Shown one piece after another: positions 20,764 to 30,662 of a stretch of 64,000 nt of DNA. The notes beneath the pieces were generated by a model. That model saw nothing but the letters and a program-made list of their open reading frames with translations, did not search any database and had not been told where the DNA came from. Source of the stretch: Nitrosopumilaceae archaeon (GTDB taxonomy: Archaea > Thermoproteota > Nitrososphaeria > Nitrososphaerales > Nitrosopumilaceae); contig JASHOW010000025.1 of the NCBI GenBank assembly GCA_030038445.1, positions 1,281-65,280 of the forward strand, in the 5' to 3' direction. A program made the translations under genes and the position numbers. Numbering within the stretch: position 1 is the first letter of the stretch; the number at the start of each line of letters is the position of its first letter.

Positions 20764-21339
20764 TCAGGGTCTTGAGTCTAGTTCTGACTTGGCAAGCAGT
20801 TGGGCCACTCTCAGTGGCTCTGGAACCGCTCCCTGCAACGTAAACGTATCAAGAAGTTTTCTTGCTTCGTTTATTTCACAGCCCTCTATGCGTACGTAAA
20901 TGTCATATTTTGTGTGCAAGGACATCTTTGTTCTGGGGCCTAGTTTATCATACTGCATCGTCTTAGATTTATAAGAATCTGGAAAGTGGTGTTTGATTGC
21001 ATCTTCAATGCCGTCAGATTCTTCGTATGTCACGCCAATAACTGGCACCTTGATGTCTTTCCACAGTTTTTTGATGTCTATTATATTGTACATGGAGATT
21101 ATCAGTCCAGAGAGTAGTATGAAGCTGATGTCTTGACGGGCAAGTCTTTCATACATTGAAAGTATCACATTTGTTGCGTCGTCACCCTCAATCGTTGCCT
21201 TACCAAAGACAAATCCATCTATTACAAAATCCCTTCTCATAACAACTCCAGCCAAGTTAGATGTCATATCTGTCTCTCTGAAGCTCTCCGCCACAGCAAG
21301 CCCCCGTAGACCTTTCTTCTCAAGGTGTATGTGATTCAT
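20764..21339 (-). CDS. DUF99 / endonuclease V-like (endonuclease dU) protein
   Basis: GVVMR.D..IDG, GDDAT, PEPLRVA. Confidence 0.8.
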   Translation of the reverse strand: MNHIHLEKKGLRGLAVAESFRETDMTSNLAGVVMRRDFVIDGFVFGKATIEGDDATNVILSMYERLARQDISFILLSGLIISMYNIIDIKKLWKDIKVPVIGVTYEESDGIEDAIKHHFPDSYKSKTMQYDKLGPRTKMSLHTKYDIYVRIEGCEINEARKLLDTFTLQGAVPEPLRVAQLLAKSELDSRP

Positions 21340-21531
21340 TGTTGCTTCTTTTTGTAAATTTTTTATAAACTAGTGAGACTATGACAATGAAGATGGCGGT
21401 AATTGATGACCATGAAACAAATGCGACGGTATCAAAATTAGGCATGTACATCACGGATACCCAATAGAGATATTTTAGTCAATGTAGGCACCTAGCATTC
21501 CCAAATCGGTTTTCAGATATACCTGGCCAAA

Positions 21532-22455
21532 CTATCCAGTAATTGGTCCACTGCCTACTATTCGTATAGTCTGTGATTCTGGTTTTAGAATAACACAGAT
21601 CTCATTTTTTGTAAATGCTACTGGTTTGTTAAGAGAAAGTTTCATAGGAGTAATTGATATTATCTTAGCTGCCCTTGTCTGCAGCCCTACATTGACAAGA
21701 AATGTCTGGTTTTCGGCTAGGTTATCTTTAAAGAATTTATTTTGCATGTAATCCAGTACAATATTCTGCGATATGCTAATTTCATCACCGCCCATGTACA
21801 ACTGATCACCTCTTTGTACATCATCAGATGTTACCCCTTTTACAGCAAGCCCAACGCGAGCAGGCGACATGGCCTCTTCTACGGGGTCGTCATGCATCTG
21901 GATTGACTTGACCATAACCTCGTCTCCTTTTGGTAACAGTTTGAGCTTGTCATATGCCTTGACCATACCCTGAGTTACCTTGCCAAGTATGACGGTACCT
22001 ACACCTTTTACGTCAAAACAATGGTCAATCGGAATCCTTAGCGTGCCATCTTGTGAAACAGGTTCTAGTAGGTCCATCTCTTTTTTGAGATCATCTAGTT
22101 CTACCATCTTGTATTGTTCTACGACTGTTCCTTTTATCATCAAGAGAAGTTTTTCCCTGTCCACGTCATAAGAATGGGTCAGTAGCCCCTTGTTTTTCTT
22201 TAGAACATCAAGGGCAACTATTTGCTCTCCGGTAAACTTGTCAAGCTTTGATACGTGAAAAATGACATACTCGCCCATGTTTATGGCCTGAAGAAGTGGA
22301 GGTATCTTCTCTGGAAAGCCTGTTGGCAGAGTCCATGTTTTTACGGCGCCTGTCTCCTTTTTGTCATATATCGTAATATCAGTGGATGTTCCTTTCTTTC
22401 CAAAATCCTTGGCCATGGCTTCGTCTCCAAGTAGTGTATAGTTGATAGACTTCAT
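21532..22455 (-). CDS. EF-Tu/SelB domain II-containing protein with degenerate G domain
   Basis: IDHCFDVKGVGTVILG, VKSIQMHD, ARVGLA; no P-loop. Confidence 0.8.
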   Translation of the reverse strand: MKSINYTLLGDEAMAKDFGKKGTSTDITIYDKKETGAVKTWTLPTGFPEKIPPLLQAINMGEYVIFHVSKLDKFTGEQIVALDVLKKNKGLLTHSYDVDREKLLLMIKGTVVEQYKMVELDDLKKEMDLLEPVSQDGTLRIPIDHCFDVKGVGTVILGKVTQGMVKAYDKLKLLPKGDEVMVKSIQMHDDPVEEAMSPARVGLAVKGVTSDDVQRGDQLYMGGDEISISQNIVLDYMQNKFFKDNLAENQTFLVNVGLQTRAAKIISITPMKLSLNKPVAFTKNEICVILKPESQTIRIVGSGPITG

Positions 22456-22573
22456 TTTATTTGTGAGGACTCCAACTAGTAAAATGTCTTGTGGAAACAT
22501 CAAAGCAGTCAACCGCGTAAAAAAGCCATATTGTGTTTAAGATGAAAAATAGAATATCTTTCGAAGTTACAAA

Positions 22574-22888
22574 CTAGACAACGCCTACTTCATGTAGTGT
22601 AATTAGACCATTATCCCCAATAATCGCTTTGATTGCTGGCAATATAATTTCAATTTTTTTCAGCTCATCAATCACCTCTATTAATAATGGCATGTTAACT
22701 GATATTCCGTCTATCTGAAAATTGGATTTTCCACGTTTACCATATCCAGCTACTCCCGTCCATACTGTAGCTCCAGATATTTTTCCGTTCTTTAGAATAT
22801 CTAATACTAAGTTATGTACGCGTTTTCCATTGAAAGTGTCGTTGCGTTTGATTCGAATCACAAGCGACCACATTTCTAGAGTTCTCAT
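22574..22888 (-). CDS. DUF190 PII-like protein (usual CrcB partner)
   Basis: GATVW.G.AGYG, S..MPLLIEVID; ATGA overlap with crcB. Confidence 0.9.
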   Translation of the reverse strand: MRTLEMWSLVIRIKRNDTFNGKRVHNLVLDILKNGKISGATVWTGVAGYGKRGKSNFQIDGISVNMPLLIEVIDELKKIEIILPAIKAIIGDNGLITLHEVGVV

Positions 22889-23274
22889 CTAAATCCTCCT
22901 CCTAAGATTACGCTTACCAAAGTCTTGCCACCAAATATAGCGCCCAACGACAGCCCTACATTAGACAGTATATTAATTGCCACCATTAGGTATTGTTTAT
23001 TATCAATTAGGTTTGAGGCCTCAAGGGCAAATGAGGACATTGTGGTCAACCCTCCACAAAACCCTATTGCCACAAGTAATGCATATCGCTGATCAAGATT
23101 CCATTGTTGAGAGAAAACTGCAAAGGCTCCAAGAATAAAACTTCCAATGATATTTACCAACAGCACGTTTATAGAAAATGTTCCTAGTAAGAGTGGAGAT
23201 TTTGTTATGCCATACCGTAGAAAAACTCCCGATACTCCGCCAGCTGCAAGAAACAAGATTTCTATCATTTTCAT
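22885..23274 (-). CDS. crcB: Fluoride channel Fluc/CrcB
   Basis: GG..G..LRY, VN..GSF, GFCGGLTTMSSF; four TM helices. Confidence 0.95.
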   Translation of the reverse strand: MKMIEILFLAAGGVSGVFLRYGITKSPLLLGTFSINVLLVNIIGSFILGAFAVFSQQWNLDQRYALLVAIGFCGGLTTMSSFALEASNLIDNKQYLMVAINILSNVGLSLGAIFGGKTLVSVILGGGFR

Positions 23275-23276
23275 AT

Positions 23277-23564
23277 CTACTCATCAATATTCTTACTTAA
23301 ATTTGCTATCTGAAAACCCGTAATATGATGTGCGATTTTTTCGATTTGAGTTTCTGGAGTTAACTTTATTTGATGGTGATTTTTATCAAACGTTTTTCTG
23401 TACATTATTGAAGATCCTCTTTTACTTTTGGACTTACAGGTAGAATCATTTTCATTCCTTTTCCATGGCATATCGACCTTTTCTTTATTAATCCTGTTGT
23501 AACATCTAGTTACCTTGAATTTTGACTTGGTTTTCTGATGGCTTGGTGCATCACCTTGACTCAA
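23277..23564 (-). CDS. Basic hypothetical (spacer/coupling) ORF upstream of crcB
   Basis: TTGA overlap with the upstream HTH gene; ends 2 nt before the crcB ATG. Confidence 0.4.
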   Translation of the reverse strand: MSQGDAPSHQKTKSKFKVTRCYNRINKEKVDMPWKRNENDSTCKSKSKRGSSIMYRKTFDKNHHQIKLTPETQIEKIAHHITGFQIANLSKNIDE

Positions 23565-23812
23565 TCCTGCACAACCTCCGAAAATTTGAGATTGTATTTT
23601 GCCACTCTTCTGCGTCTCTCACCAATGATGTAGGTCTTTCTTATTACTCCTTGCCTTACCATGCTTTCTATTATTCTGTATGCTGTGCTTGAAGGGATCG
23701 CAAGCTCCAAGCTAATCTGAGAAACTGTCTTTGCATTATTTTGTATTGAGGTTCTAATGAGGTTGTTATATCTGGTTTCTTGTCTGCCTATTCTAGACAT
23801 GTTCCATATCAT
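23561..23812 (-). CDS. Small winged-helix (HTH) regulator
   Basis: KT.SQIS.EL.IP.STAYR; paralog of 31943-32176 and 50441-50731. Confidence 0.7.
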   Translation of the reverse strand: MIWNMSRIGRQETRYNNLIRTSIQNNAKTVSQISLELAIPSSTAYRIIESMVRQGVIRKTYIIGERRRRVAKYNLKFSEVVQD

Positions 23813-23939
23813 AACACAAAAATGTCATAACTTGTCGAGTCTTAACACACCGTTTTCTGTATTGTGTTCTGTTTTATTGTAAGAACAAGTAAAAAACTGG
23901 TTTTTTCTGTCCTTTCTCTCTGATAATACAAATCCTGTT

Positions 23940-25493
23940 TCATATTGGAGACTTCTTAAGCGTTGTGTCAGTTTTTGCAGCTACAGGTCTATAACCTACA
24001 TACTTTTTCCTTCTCACGTGTTTAATGGTATATACGGCTGCCACCGCAACCGCAGCTGGTACAAAGAACAGAGGCATCAGCCAAAAATTCACATCACTAT
24101 TTCTTGCAGGCTCTACCATGGGCATATTCATGTCTGAGTTTGTACCGTTTCCAGGCTTAACTATGGTTGTAAACTGAACATCCTGACCACTATGTGCAAT
24201 GTCAGAAAAATCAAATGTTACGGGGCCAGGATTACTGAATGTAAAATACTGATATGCCCCACCAAACTGTGTAGACTCTTCGATGTGATAGAGTTGCTGT
24301 CCGCCCTGAGTAATAGTAAAGATATAGTGAGCTGGTATTGCCTCGTTTTGTATGTTGTCGTATATTTGGTAAATGAATATTATCTGCTGTCCGGTTGTAA
24401 TGTAATGCGGCTCCCAGTCAAGGTCCAACTCATATGCCCTATCAGGAGTGAATCGTACGACTGGAAACTTCATGATCTGATTTCCGAAAGCGTCAGTGGG
24501 TACAAGTGCTGCTGGTTGTACAATTACATATCCCTGCATCCATGGATGAATCTCACAGAAATACTCGAATGTTCCAGAACGTGTGAACTTTTGAGTCCAA
24601 GACCCTCCAATTGGAATGGTACCGCTGTCAAAGAGGCCATCGGGTTGTCCAACTCCATTGCCAAGAAGACCAGCCCTGCCTACAGAGTGACCGCTTGTTA
24701 CAGTATGGACCTCCTTGTCTTGATTTATCCAAGTTACATTCTGATTTACTCCAATTGTGATAACGGATGGTTCATACCACATGGGAGCAGCAGTATTGTA
24801 GTTTGGATCATATGCCCCATAGGGGATCGTAACTACCTGATTTGTTCCTTTAGGCGCATCTGATACTGCAATGCGTGCACTGTACTTCGCGCCAAGCGTT
24901 ATACTGAGTATCTCGTTTGGCCCCTTCCATTCAGCGGAGCTTATATCAGGAGGACCGGCGCCGTACAGCTGGATCTGAAAGTTGACTGGGCTTACGTTCT
25001 GAAGTGGGTCAGTCACCTGTATGTCTGTACCAGTGACTGCAACTGCAGTCTCGTTTGAGATTATCAAGACGCCGTTGCCTTCCATCTGTTGTGCCCTTAT
25101 CCCATAATTCTCATACGGAATCAGATTTCCATTCGAATCTGTAAATTTTATTTGCAATGCAAGTGACTGGTCTGCCTCTATTGGGGTCGATGTAATGGTA
25201 GCACGAACAGAACCGTCAGATGAGACTGCAGTTCCTTCAATCAGTTGGTGGCTGTTAGTTCCTTGCTGTGCTACTATCTGAGGGCTGTAATACCCTGTCT
25301 GTGCAAAGGCAGATTCCTGCACCAGATACAAACTAAACAGCATGACTATGATCACGCCTCCCAGAAGAGACCTCTTGAGGATCTCATTAGGTCTGACATG
25401 TACAAGCAGGCATAAACCTCTCAATAGACTAATATCATTCTCCCTACGATTTCTTTGTTTTTTGTTCATTGATATATCTACCCCCAATTCCAT
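23940..25493 (-). CDS. Membrane-anchored cupredoxin (plastocyanin-like) protein with N-terminal extension
   Basis: HTVTSG...FDSG...YFCEIHPWM; signal peptide preceded by ~40 extra aa; C-terminal TM. Alternative start at 25469. Confidence 0.85.
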   Translation of the reverse strand: MELGVDISMNKKQRNRRENDISLLRGLCLLVHVRPNEILKRSLLGGVIIVMLFSLYLVQESAFAQTGYYSPQIVAQQGTNSHQLIEGTAVSSDGSVRATITSTPIEADQSLALQIKFTDSNGNLIPYENYGIRAQQMEGNGVLIISNETAVAVTGTDIQVTDPLQNVSPVNFQIQLYGAGPPDISSAEWKGPNEILSITLGAKYSARIAVSDAPKGTNQVVTIPYGAYDPNYNTAAPMWYEPSVITIGVNQNVTWINQDKEVHTVTSGHSVGRAGLLGNGVGQPDGLFDSGTIPIGGSWTQKFTRSGTFEYFCEIHPWMQGYVIVQPAALVPTDAFGNQIMKFPVVRFTPDRAYELDLDWEPHYITTGQQIIFIYQIYDNIQNEAIPAHYIFTITQGGQQLYHIEESTQFGGAYQYFTFSNPGPVTFDFSDIAHSGQDVQFTTIVKPGNGTNSDMNMPMVEPARNSDVNFWLMPLFFVPAAVAVAAVYTIKHVRRKKYVGYRPVAAKTDTTLKKSPI

Positions 25494-25496
25494 TAG

Positions 25497-25558
25497 GTAG
25501 ACATTATTAGCGCCTTCTGGAGCAGTTTAGGAATCATTCCACGGCTAATGTCATAGCC
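25497..25558 (-). ncRNA. Fluoride (crcB) riboswitch aptamer, copy 1
   Basis: Minus strand GGCTATGACATTAGCC...TAAACTGC...GCTAATAATGTCTAC; P1, P2 and the GACATT/AATGTC pseudoknot match the crcB consensus. Confidence 0.9.
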
Positions 25559-25766
25559 TACAGCTTTTCCATCTATGTATCTACTATTAAGGATTTTCAT
25601 GATCCGTTTTTCGACACTTTCTTTACTAACATTAGACAGACAAAGAGGAGTAAAGATACGTGTTTGTTTTCTATCTTGAGTATGAGATCATACAACATAG
25701 AAAAACAATGCTGCAAAAATAAAGAAAAATAAATTATTCAAATTTAAATGAAAACATGTGTTAGAA

Positions 25767-26768
25767 TTAAATTCTAAAGGTTTGAGCAGAATCGTCTTCA
25801 AAAGACATATCGTCCTGAAACAATCTTGTTCGTAACTCTTTGTACCTGTTTCTCACAGTAACTTCAGTTACGCCAGATGCGCCTGCAATATTTTTCTGAG
25901 TTATTTTATTACCATTCATCATACAAGAAAGATACAATGCGGATGCTGCAAAACCAAGCGGATCTTTGCCAACAACAATATTAAATTCAGTTGCGCGTTG
26001 AATAATTTCTAGTGCTTTACGCTTTGTCTTTTCATTTATGTTGGTTTTACTTGCAATTCTTGCTACGCATTTCGTGGGATCTGCTATAGGCATTTTAAGA
26101 TCTAGTTCTCTGAGAATCAACCTGTAACATGCTGCCATCATTTTTTTGTTCACGTTAATTTCCTTTGAAATATCTTTTAGACTACGTGGAGTTTCAGTGT
26201 ATCTACATGCGGCGTAAAGAGAGGCGCCAAGTATCCCAGAAATGCTTCTACCTCTAGTCAGACCTTTATCGACCGCCTTTCTGTAAATATATGCAGCTTG
26301 TTCCAATATAACATACGAAAGTCCTAGTGAGTCTTTTAAGCGATCAAGCAAAGTAAAAGCTATACGAAGGTTTTTACTGTACATAGTATCAGTTTGACTA
26401 CGGCTATCCCACTTTCGTAGTCTTTCAATTGCATATTTCATGGGTGCAGAAAGTGGCCTGCCAAACGCATCTTTATCTACAGTACCAATAATGGTTGCAA
26501 GACCCATGTCATGTTTTGCAAGTGAATAGTGAGAACCGCTTCTAGCATTTCTGACATCATCATTGGACGGAACTCTTTCGGGTCCCAAGTCCTCAATTCT
26601 TTCTATCAGAACAAACCCACAATTATTACAGATTAATTCACCAGTTTCTGCATCAGCTATTATAATTCCTTTTTTACAGAAGAAGCAGCTTCGTTCCGCC
26701 TTGTTAATTTTGGTTAATTGTCTCGTTTTTGGATCTCCGGTGATCTCCATGTCATCATATGATGCCAT
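25767..26768 (-). CDS. tfb: Transcription initiation factor IIB paralog, downstream of a riboswitch
   Basis: C..C...GELICNNCG, HDMGLAT, GKDP, GVTEVTVRNRY. Confidence 0.93.
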   Translation of the reverse strand: MASYDDMEITGDPKTRQLTKINKAERSCFFCKKGIIIADAETGELICNNCGFVLIERIEDLGPERVPSNDDVRNARSGSHYSLAKHDMGLATIIGTVDKDAFGRPLSAPMKYAIERLRKWDSRSQTDTMYSKNLRIAFTLLDRLKDSLGLSYVILEQAAYIYRKAVDKGLTRGRSISGILGASLYAACRYTETPRSLKDISKEINVNKKMMAACYRLILRELDLKMPIADPTKCVARIASKTNINEKTKRKALEIIQRATEFNIVVGKDPLGFAASALYLSCMMNGNKITQKNIAGASGVTEVTVRNRYKELRTRLFQDDMSFEDDSAQTFRI

Positions 26769-26870
26769 TTATCTTACATCCAAGATTAATGCACGATCAA
26801 CATCATCAACAATACAACGGCATTCATCGTCAGATTTATTTTGTGATTTTTTTATCATCATGTCCACCAT
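26769..26870 (-). CDS. Riboswitch leader ORF (33 aa) abutting tfb
   Basis: Manual translation MVDMMIKKSQNKSDDECRCIVDDVDRALILDVR*; TAA is immediately followed by the tfb ATG. Confidence 0.5.
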   Translation of the reverse strand: MVDMMIKKSQNKSDDECRCIVDDVDRALILDVR

Positions 26871-26877
26871 TATGCTG

Positions 26878-26943
26878 GTAGACATTATCAGCATCGCACG
26901 ATGCAGTTAAGGAGCTAGTTACTCCATGGCTAATGCCATAGCC
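26878..26943 (-). ncRNA. Fluoride riboswitch aptamer, copy 2
   Basis: GGCTATGGCATTAGCC...TTAACTGCATCGTGCGATGCTGATAATGTCTAC. Confidence 0.9.
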
Positions 26944-27051
26944 GCGTTCCATACTCAGGTGACAATATTAAATCTTATGAATGCATACGATCTTCGTCAT
27001 GATTACAAAATAGTATCATCGGTTTTTTAGTCGGAATTACGAAATAAGGTT

Positions 27052-27855
27052 TTGATGCTACAAATAGATGCAATATTTTCTGATTATGATGGTACGCTAA
27101 GCCCTTTTGCCGTAAACCGAGATAATGCACTAGTTCCGAGGCCATTGTACAAAACCCTTAGCATCGTTTCAAAAAAAATTCCTTTTTGTATCATCACTAC
27201 AAAGACTGTAAATTACATACAAGACAAGATAGAATTTTGTAAAGGAGTAGCAGGTATTGGAGGTTTGGAGATAAGCATTGGCGCCAAGATGATTTATCCA
27301 AGTGTATCTAGCCATACAAGAAAATCAATTCTTACTGTCTTTGATTTTGCAAGATCAGTCATGCATGATATGAAAGATGTGTTGTTGGAAGAAAAGAAAA
27401 CTGCAGGAGGAGAACTGCTAGGCTTTACAGTAGACTGGAGATTATCAAAAAATTGGGATTCATATAAAGAAGTAGTAAGACCACTGATACAAAAATCTAA
27501 GAGAGACGGTTTGTTTGTTCTAACCTATAGAGACCACCCATTTTTTGATGTATATGTTAAAAAACCAGACAAGGGAAAGGCACTGATTAAACTCAAAAAA
27601 GAACTACGCATAAATGGAAACATACTCTATCTTGGAGATTCGGAGAACGATAGCACGGCCTTCGAAAAAAGTGGCGTATCCATAGGAATTACACGAGAGG
27701 AAGTCAAACCACTCCTAAACTGCGAGTATCTTTTACCATATGATAATCTTAATGCTGCTCTACGAACACTCGTTAAAAACAACATGATATTTGATCCTGT
27801 GTTATTAAATTTAAAAAGAAATTCCACTTATGATTACACAAGCGATAAACAATAG
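27052..27855 (+). CDS. HAD-superfamily (IIB-like) phosphatase
   Basis: DYDGTL motif I, DKGKAL, GDSEND motif IV. Confidence 0.88.
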   Translation: MMLQIDAIFSDYDGTLSPFAVNRDNALVPRPLYKTLSIVSKKIPFCIITTKTVNYIQDKIEFCKGVAGIGGLEISIGAKMIYPSVSSHTRKSILTVFDFARSVMHDMKDVLLEEKKTAGGELLGFTVDWRLSKNWDSYKEVVRPLIQKSKRDGLFVLTYRDHPFFDVYVKKPDKGKALIKLKKELRINGNILYLGDSENDSTAFEKSGVSIGITREEVKPLLNCEYLLPYDNLNAALRTLVKNNMIFDPVLLNLKRNSTYDYTSDKQ

Positions 27856-27935
27856 CAAGTAAAAGTACGCCTGATAAAAATAAGAAAGATCAAAGATTGT
27901 ACCTACTATCATAATACTAGTAACTGAAGAAAAAA

Positions 27936-28577
27936 CTAGCCAAACATGACCCATCGTGTTAGTGAACGACGGCGCCTTCTTCGAGAAGAGGCCTCATCTC
28001 TTTTGAAAAAGAGCATAAAATTACTTGTTCTAGTATTTTTTATTGGAGCGTCTAGTTTCGGATAATTTGAATATTTGAAGCTAGAACAAGACAATGAGAA
28101 TACTTTGGCAAATAAATTTGGAACATTGGCGCTTCTCCATCTCACACATATTTCTCTTCCATTATTAATATGTCCAAATAATTCATGTGGATCGATGACT
28201 GAAATTTCTGGTTGGTCATATTCTAAAGACATAGAAGCTTGAGATATCGTTTCCACTCCAGGTAATTTTCCTGATTCATCAGTAAGAAATCTTGATAGAA
28301 ATGCTATAACGTGGTCTGAAAAAGATTTGTTCAAACTTTGTGCTTCTACATGATCATACTTGTTACAAAGATCGGGAAGTTCAGTATAATGAATTACTCT
28401 CCATGCAGATTCTTTATCTGTTTTATTTGACAGGCATGATATCAAATAATCAGAATCTCCTCTCCATGCAAGCCAGAGCTTTTTAGCTTCATCAAGTGCT
28501 ATCTCGGTTGGAAGTTTGAAATGGGCATAAATTCGTGTAGCCTGTGTCTCAAACTTTTTTTCCGAGTCTATGATCAT
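27936..28577 (-). CDS. Hypothetical protein
   Basis: 213 aa ORF with no recognised motif; Arg-rich tail. Confidence 0.5.
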   Translation of the reverse strand: MIIDSEKKFETQATRIYAHFKLPTEIALDEAKKLWLAWRGDSDYLISCLSNKTDKESAWRVIHYTELPDLCNKYDHVEAQSLNKSFSDHVIAFLSRFLTDESGKLPGVETISQASMSLEYDQPEISVIDPHELFGHINNGREICVRWRSANVPNLFAKVFSLSCSSFKYSNYPKLDAPIKNTRTSNFMLFFKRDEASSRRRRRRSLTRWVMFG

Positions 28578-28829
28578 ATACTACAAAATATTTATTTATT
28601 AGATTTAGGAACTTTTCTTAAATTTTTTTAATCTTCAAGTCATGAGTGTTCTATGAGTTAATATTGCCTAATCTCGTTTTTTCAAAATATTAACAGATGT
28701 TTTCAAGATGAAAAATGTAGAAGTATCTACAAAAATGAGAATCATACGACAAAGAAGAGAGAACCATCAAACTAAACAATGAGAAACAGAAGTGTTATAA
28801 GATTTTCAATTCTTAAATCATATAGAAAC

Positions 28830-30068
28830 ATGCCCAAGATAACCTCAATTAGTGGAACAGTTGTTTACAATAGCAGAGGGCACAAGACAATCGAGGTTAG
28901 TGTAATTTCTGACAACAAGTATCTTGGAAGAGTTTGTGCGCCGTCAGGAGCAAGTGTAGGTAAACATGAAGCAATAAATTTTCCAGACAATAATCCTCAA
29001 AAAAGCCTCGATATATTACGATCAAACGAAAAAAAGTTCATAGGGCTTGATCCCTCTGACTTGAAATCAATTCATGAGACATTGAGAAAAATAGATTCGA
29101 CTACAAATTATTCAGAGATCGGTGGGGCCGTTGCATTTTCTCTGACTATTGCATCAACAGAGTCAGCGGCAAGATCAGAAGGAGTTCCATTATTCAAGAT
29201 ATTGACCAAAGACGCTCATCTTAGACTACCATTTCCATTAGGCAATATTTTAGGCGGTGGTGCTCACGCCGGTATAGGAACCCCAGACATTCAAGAGATA
29301 TTGGTTTGTGCCATAGGATCAAAAACAATACGTGAATCTGCAGAAACAAATTTTTTGATACATCAAGAGCTTGGAAAGATGTTAGAGAGACATGATGCCA
29401 AGTTTACAAGAGGGAGGGGGGATGAAGGGGCATGGGCACCAAGAATAAACAATGACAAGGCTGTAGAATACTGTGCAGATACATGTGAAAAGTTGGGATA
29501 CACACTGGGTAAAGAAGTCTCATTGGGAATAGATTTTGCATCTTCGGTATTATGGAACGAGAAAAGGGGAAAATACGTCTATTCTAGACAAGGCATAGAA
29601 AGATCTCCAGAACAACAAATAGAATTTGTTTCAGAGATGATAAAAAAATACAAACTTGTTTGTGTGGAAGATCCAGTTCACGAAGACGCATTTGAAGACA
29701 TGGCAGAATTAACAAAAAAATTTCCGCGTATTCTTATAATTGGGGACGACATTGTGGTTACAAACCAAACACGACTGTCAAAGGCCATAAATACAAAATC
29801 ATGCAATGCTGTAATACTAAAGGTAAATCAGGCGGGAAGCCTGTATGATGCACTAGAATTTGCAAAATTGGCAAATAAAAACAACATGAAATTGATCACC
29901 TCACACAGATCTGGCGAGTCAACAGATAGCCACATATCTCACATAGGTCTTGCCACAAAATCAAATATGCTCAAAGTAGGTGTTGTGGGAGGAGAAAGAG
30001 TGGCCAAGATCAACGAATTGATTCGCATTTCTGAAGAAAATAACATACACAACATGGCAAATATTTGA
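28830..30068 (+). CDS. eno: Enolase (probably an extra copy)
   Basis: NSRG..T, APSGAS.G.HEA, GDEG, KVNQ.G, SHRSGES; start placed at MPKI. Confidence 0.95.
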   Translation: MPKITSISGTVVYNSRGHKTIEVSVISDNKYLGRVCAPSGASVGKHEAINFPDNNPQKSLDILRSNEKKFIGLDPSDLKSIHETLRKIDSTTNYSEIGGAVAFSLTIASTESAARSEGVPLFKILTKDAHLRLPFPLGNILGGGAHAGIGTPDIQEILVCAIGSKTIRESAETNFLIHQELGKMLERHDAKFTRGRGDEGAWAPRINNDKAVEYCADTCEKLGYTLGKEVSLGIDFASSVLWNEKRGKYVYSRQGIERSPEQQIEFVSEMIKKYKLVCVEDPVHEDAFEDMAELTKKFPRILIIGDDIVVTNQTRLSKAINTKSCNAVILKVNQAGSLYDALEFAKLANKNNMKLITSHRSGESTDSHISHIGLATKSNMLKVGVVGGERVAKINELIRISEENNIHNMANI

Positions 30069-30163
30069 TGAATCATTTACAATTAAGACGAACTATCAAA
30101 CATTAATGAACATATAGGATCTTGATATCTAAAAAAACGTTTTTGAATAATGGTGAGTGCTCT

Positions 30164-30427
30164 TTACCAATACGCGCTCTCGCTTTCAGTTGCTGTATTT
30201 TTTCTATCCATAGTGACATATTTTCTTATCTCATCAAGATCTTTGAATATTCCCTCAGGGGCAAAAACTGAAGGAGTCTTTGTAGTTGGGAGATCACCGC
30301 AGCAGCTTTCAGCAAATTTCCTCACATCATACTCCACATACTCAATCCCATTGCTTTTCAGAAGCATCATAGCTTGCTGAGATTTTTCCGAACCATCTAC
30401 CAAAAGAATTGGTTTGCGCTGCATCAT
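30164..30427 (-). CDS. Glutaredoxin-like small protein
   Basis: LL..NGIEY.EYDV...TPSVF pattern; no CxxC in the canonical position. Confidence 0.5.
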   Translation of the reverse strand: MMQRKPILLVDGSEKSQQAMMLLKSNGIEYVEYDVRKFAESCCGDLPTTKTPSVFAPEGIFKDLDEIRKYVTMDRKNTATESESAYW

Positions 30428-30662
30428 AAGAATTAAAGGATCTACAAAAATTAAGTCTTGTTAGAGTTAGTCACAGATGAGATATCATCTCCTAGTGTAT
30501 TGTACTATAGGTGATTATCTGTACCCAATAGAGAATGGAGGTATTTTCATATAATATTAATGATATACAGGACTTCTAACACAATTATTTAAAACTCAAC
30601 CCTCATTATCTGTGGCATACTTTTAACAGAATTTAATAATTGGAGGAATATGAGGTATCTCA

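Noticed and set aside
21532-22455. SelB implying selenocysteine usage
   Set aside because: No intact GTPase domain and no sel genes or tRNA-Sec; it fits the truncated archaeal EF-Tu-domain family.
23390-23480. Possible ninth, degenerate riboswitch upstream of crcB (fragments ACATTATT and TTCCATGGC)
   Set aside because: No P1 stem or correct spacing; the region lies inside an open frame.
28578-28829. Riboswitch upstream of enolase or the HAD gene on the plus strand
   Set aside because: No aptamer motif found by eye.
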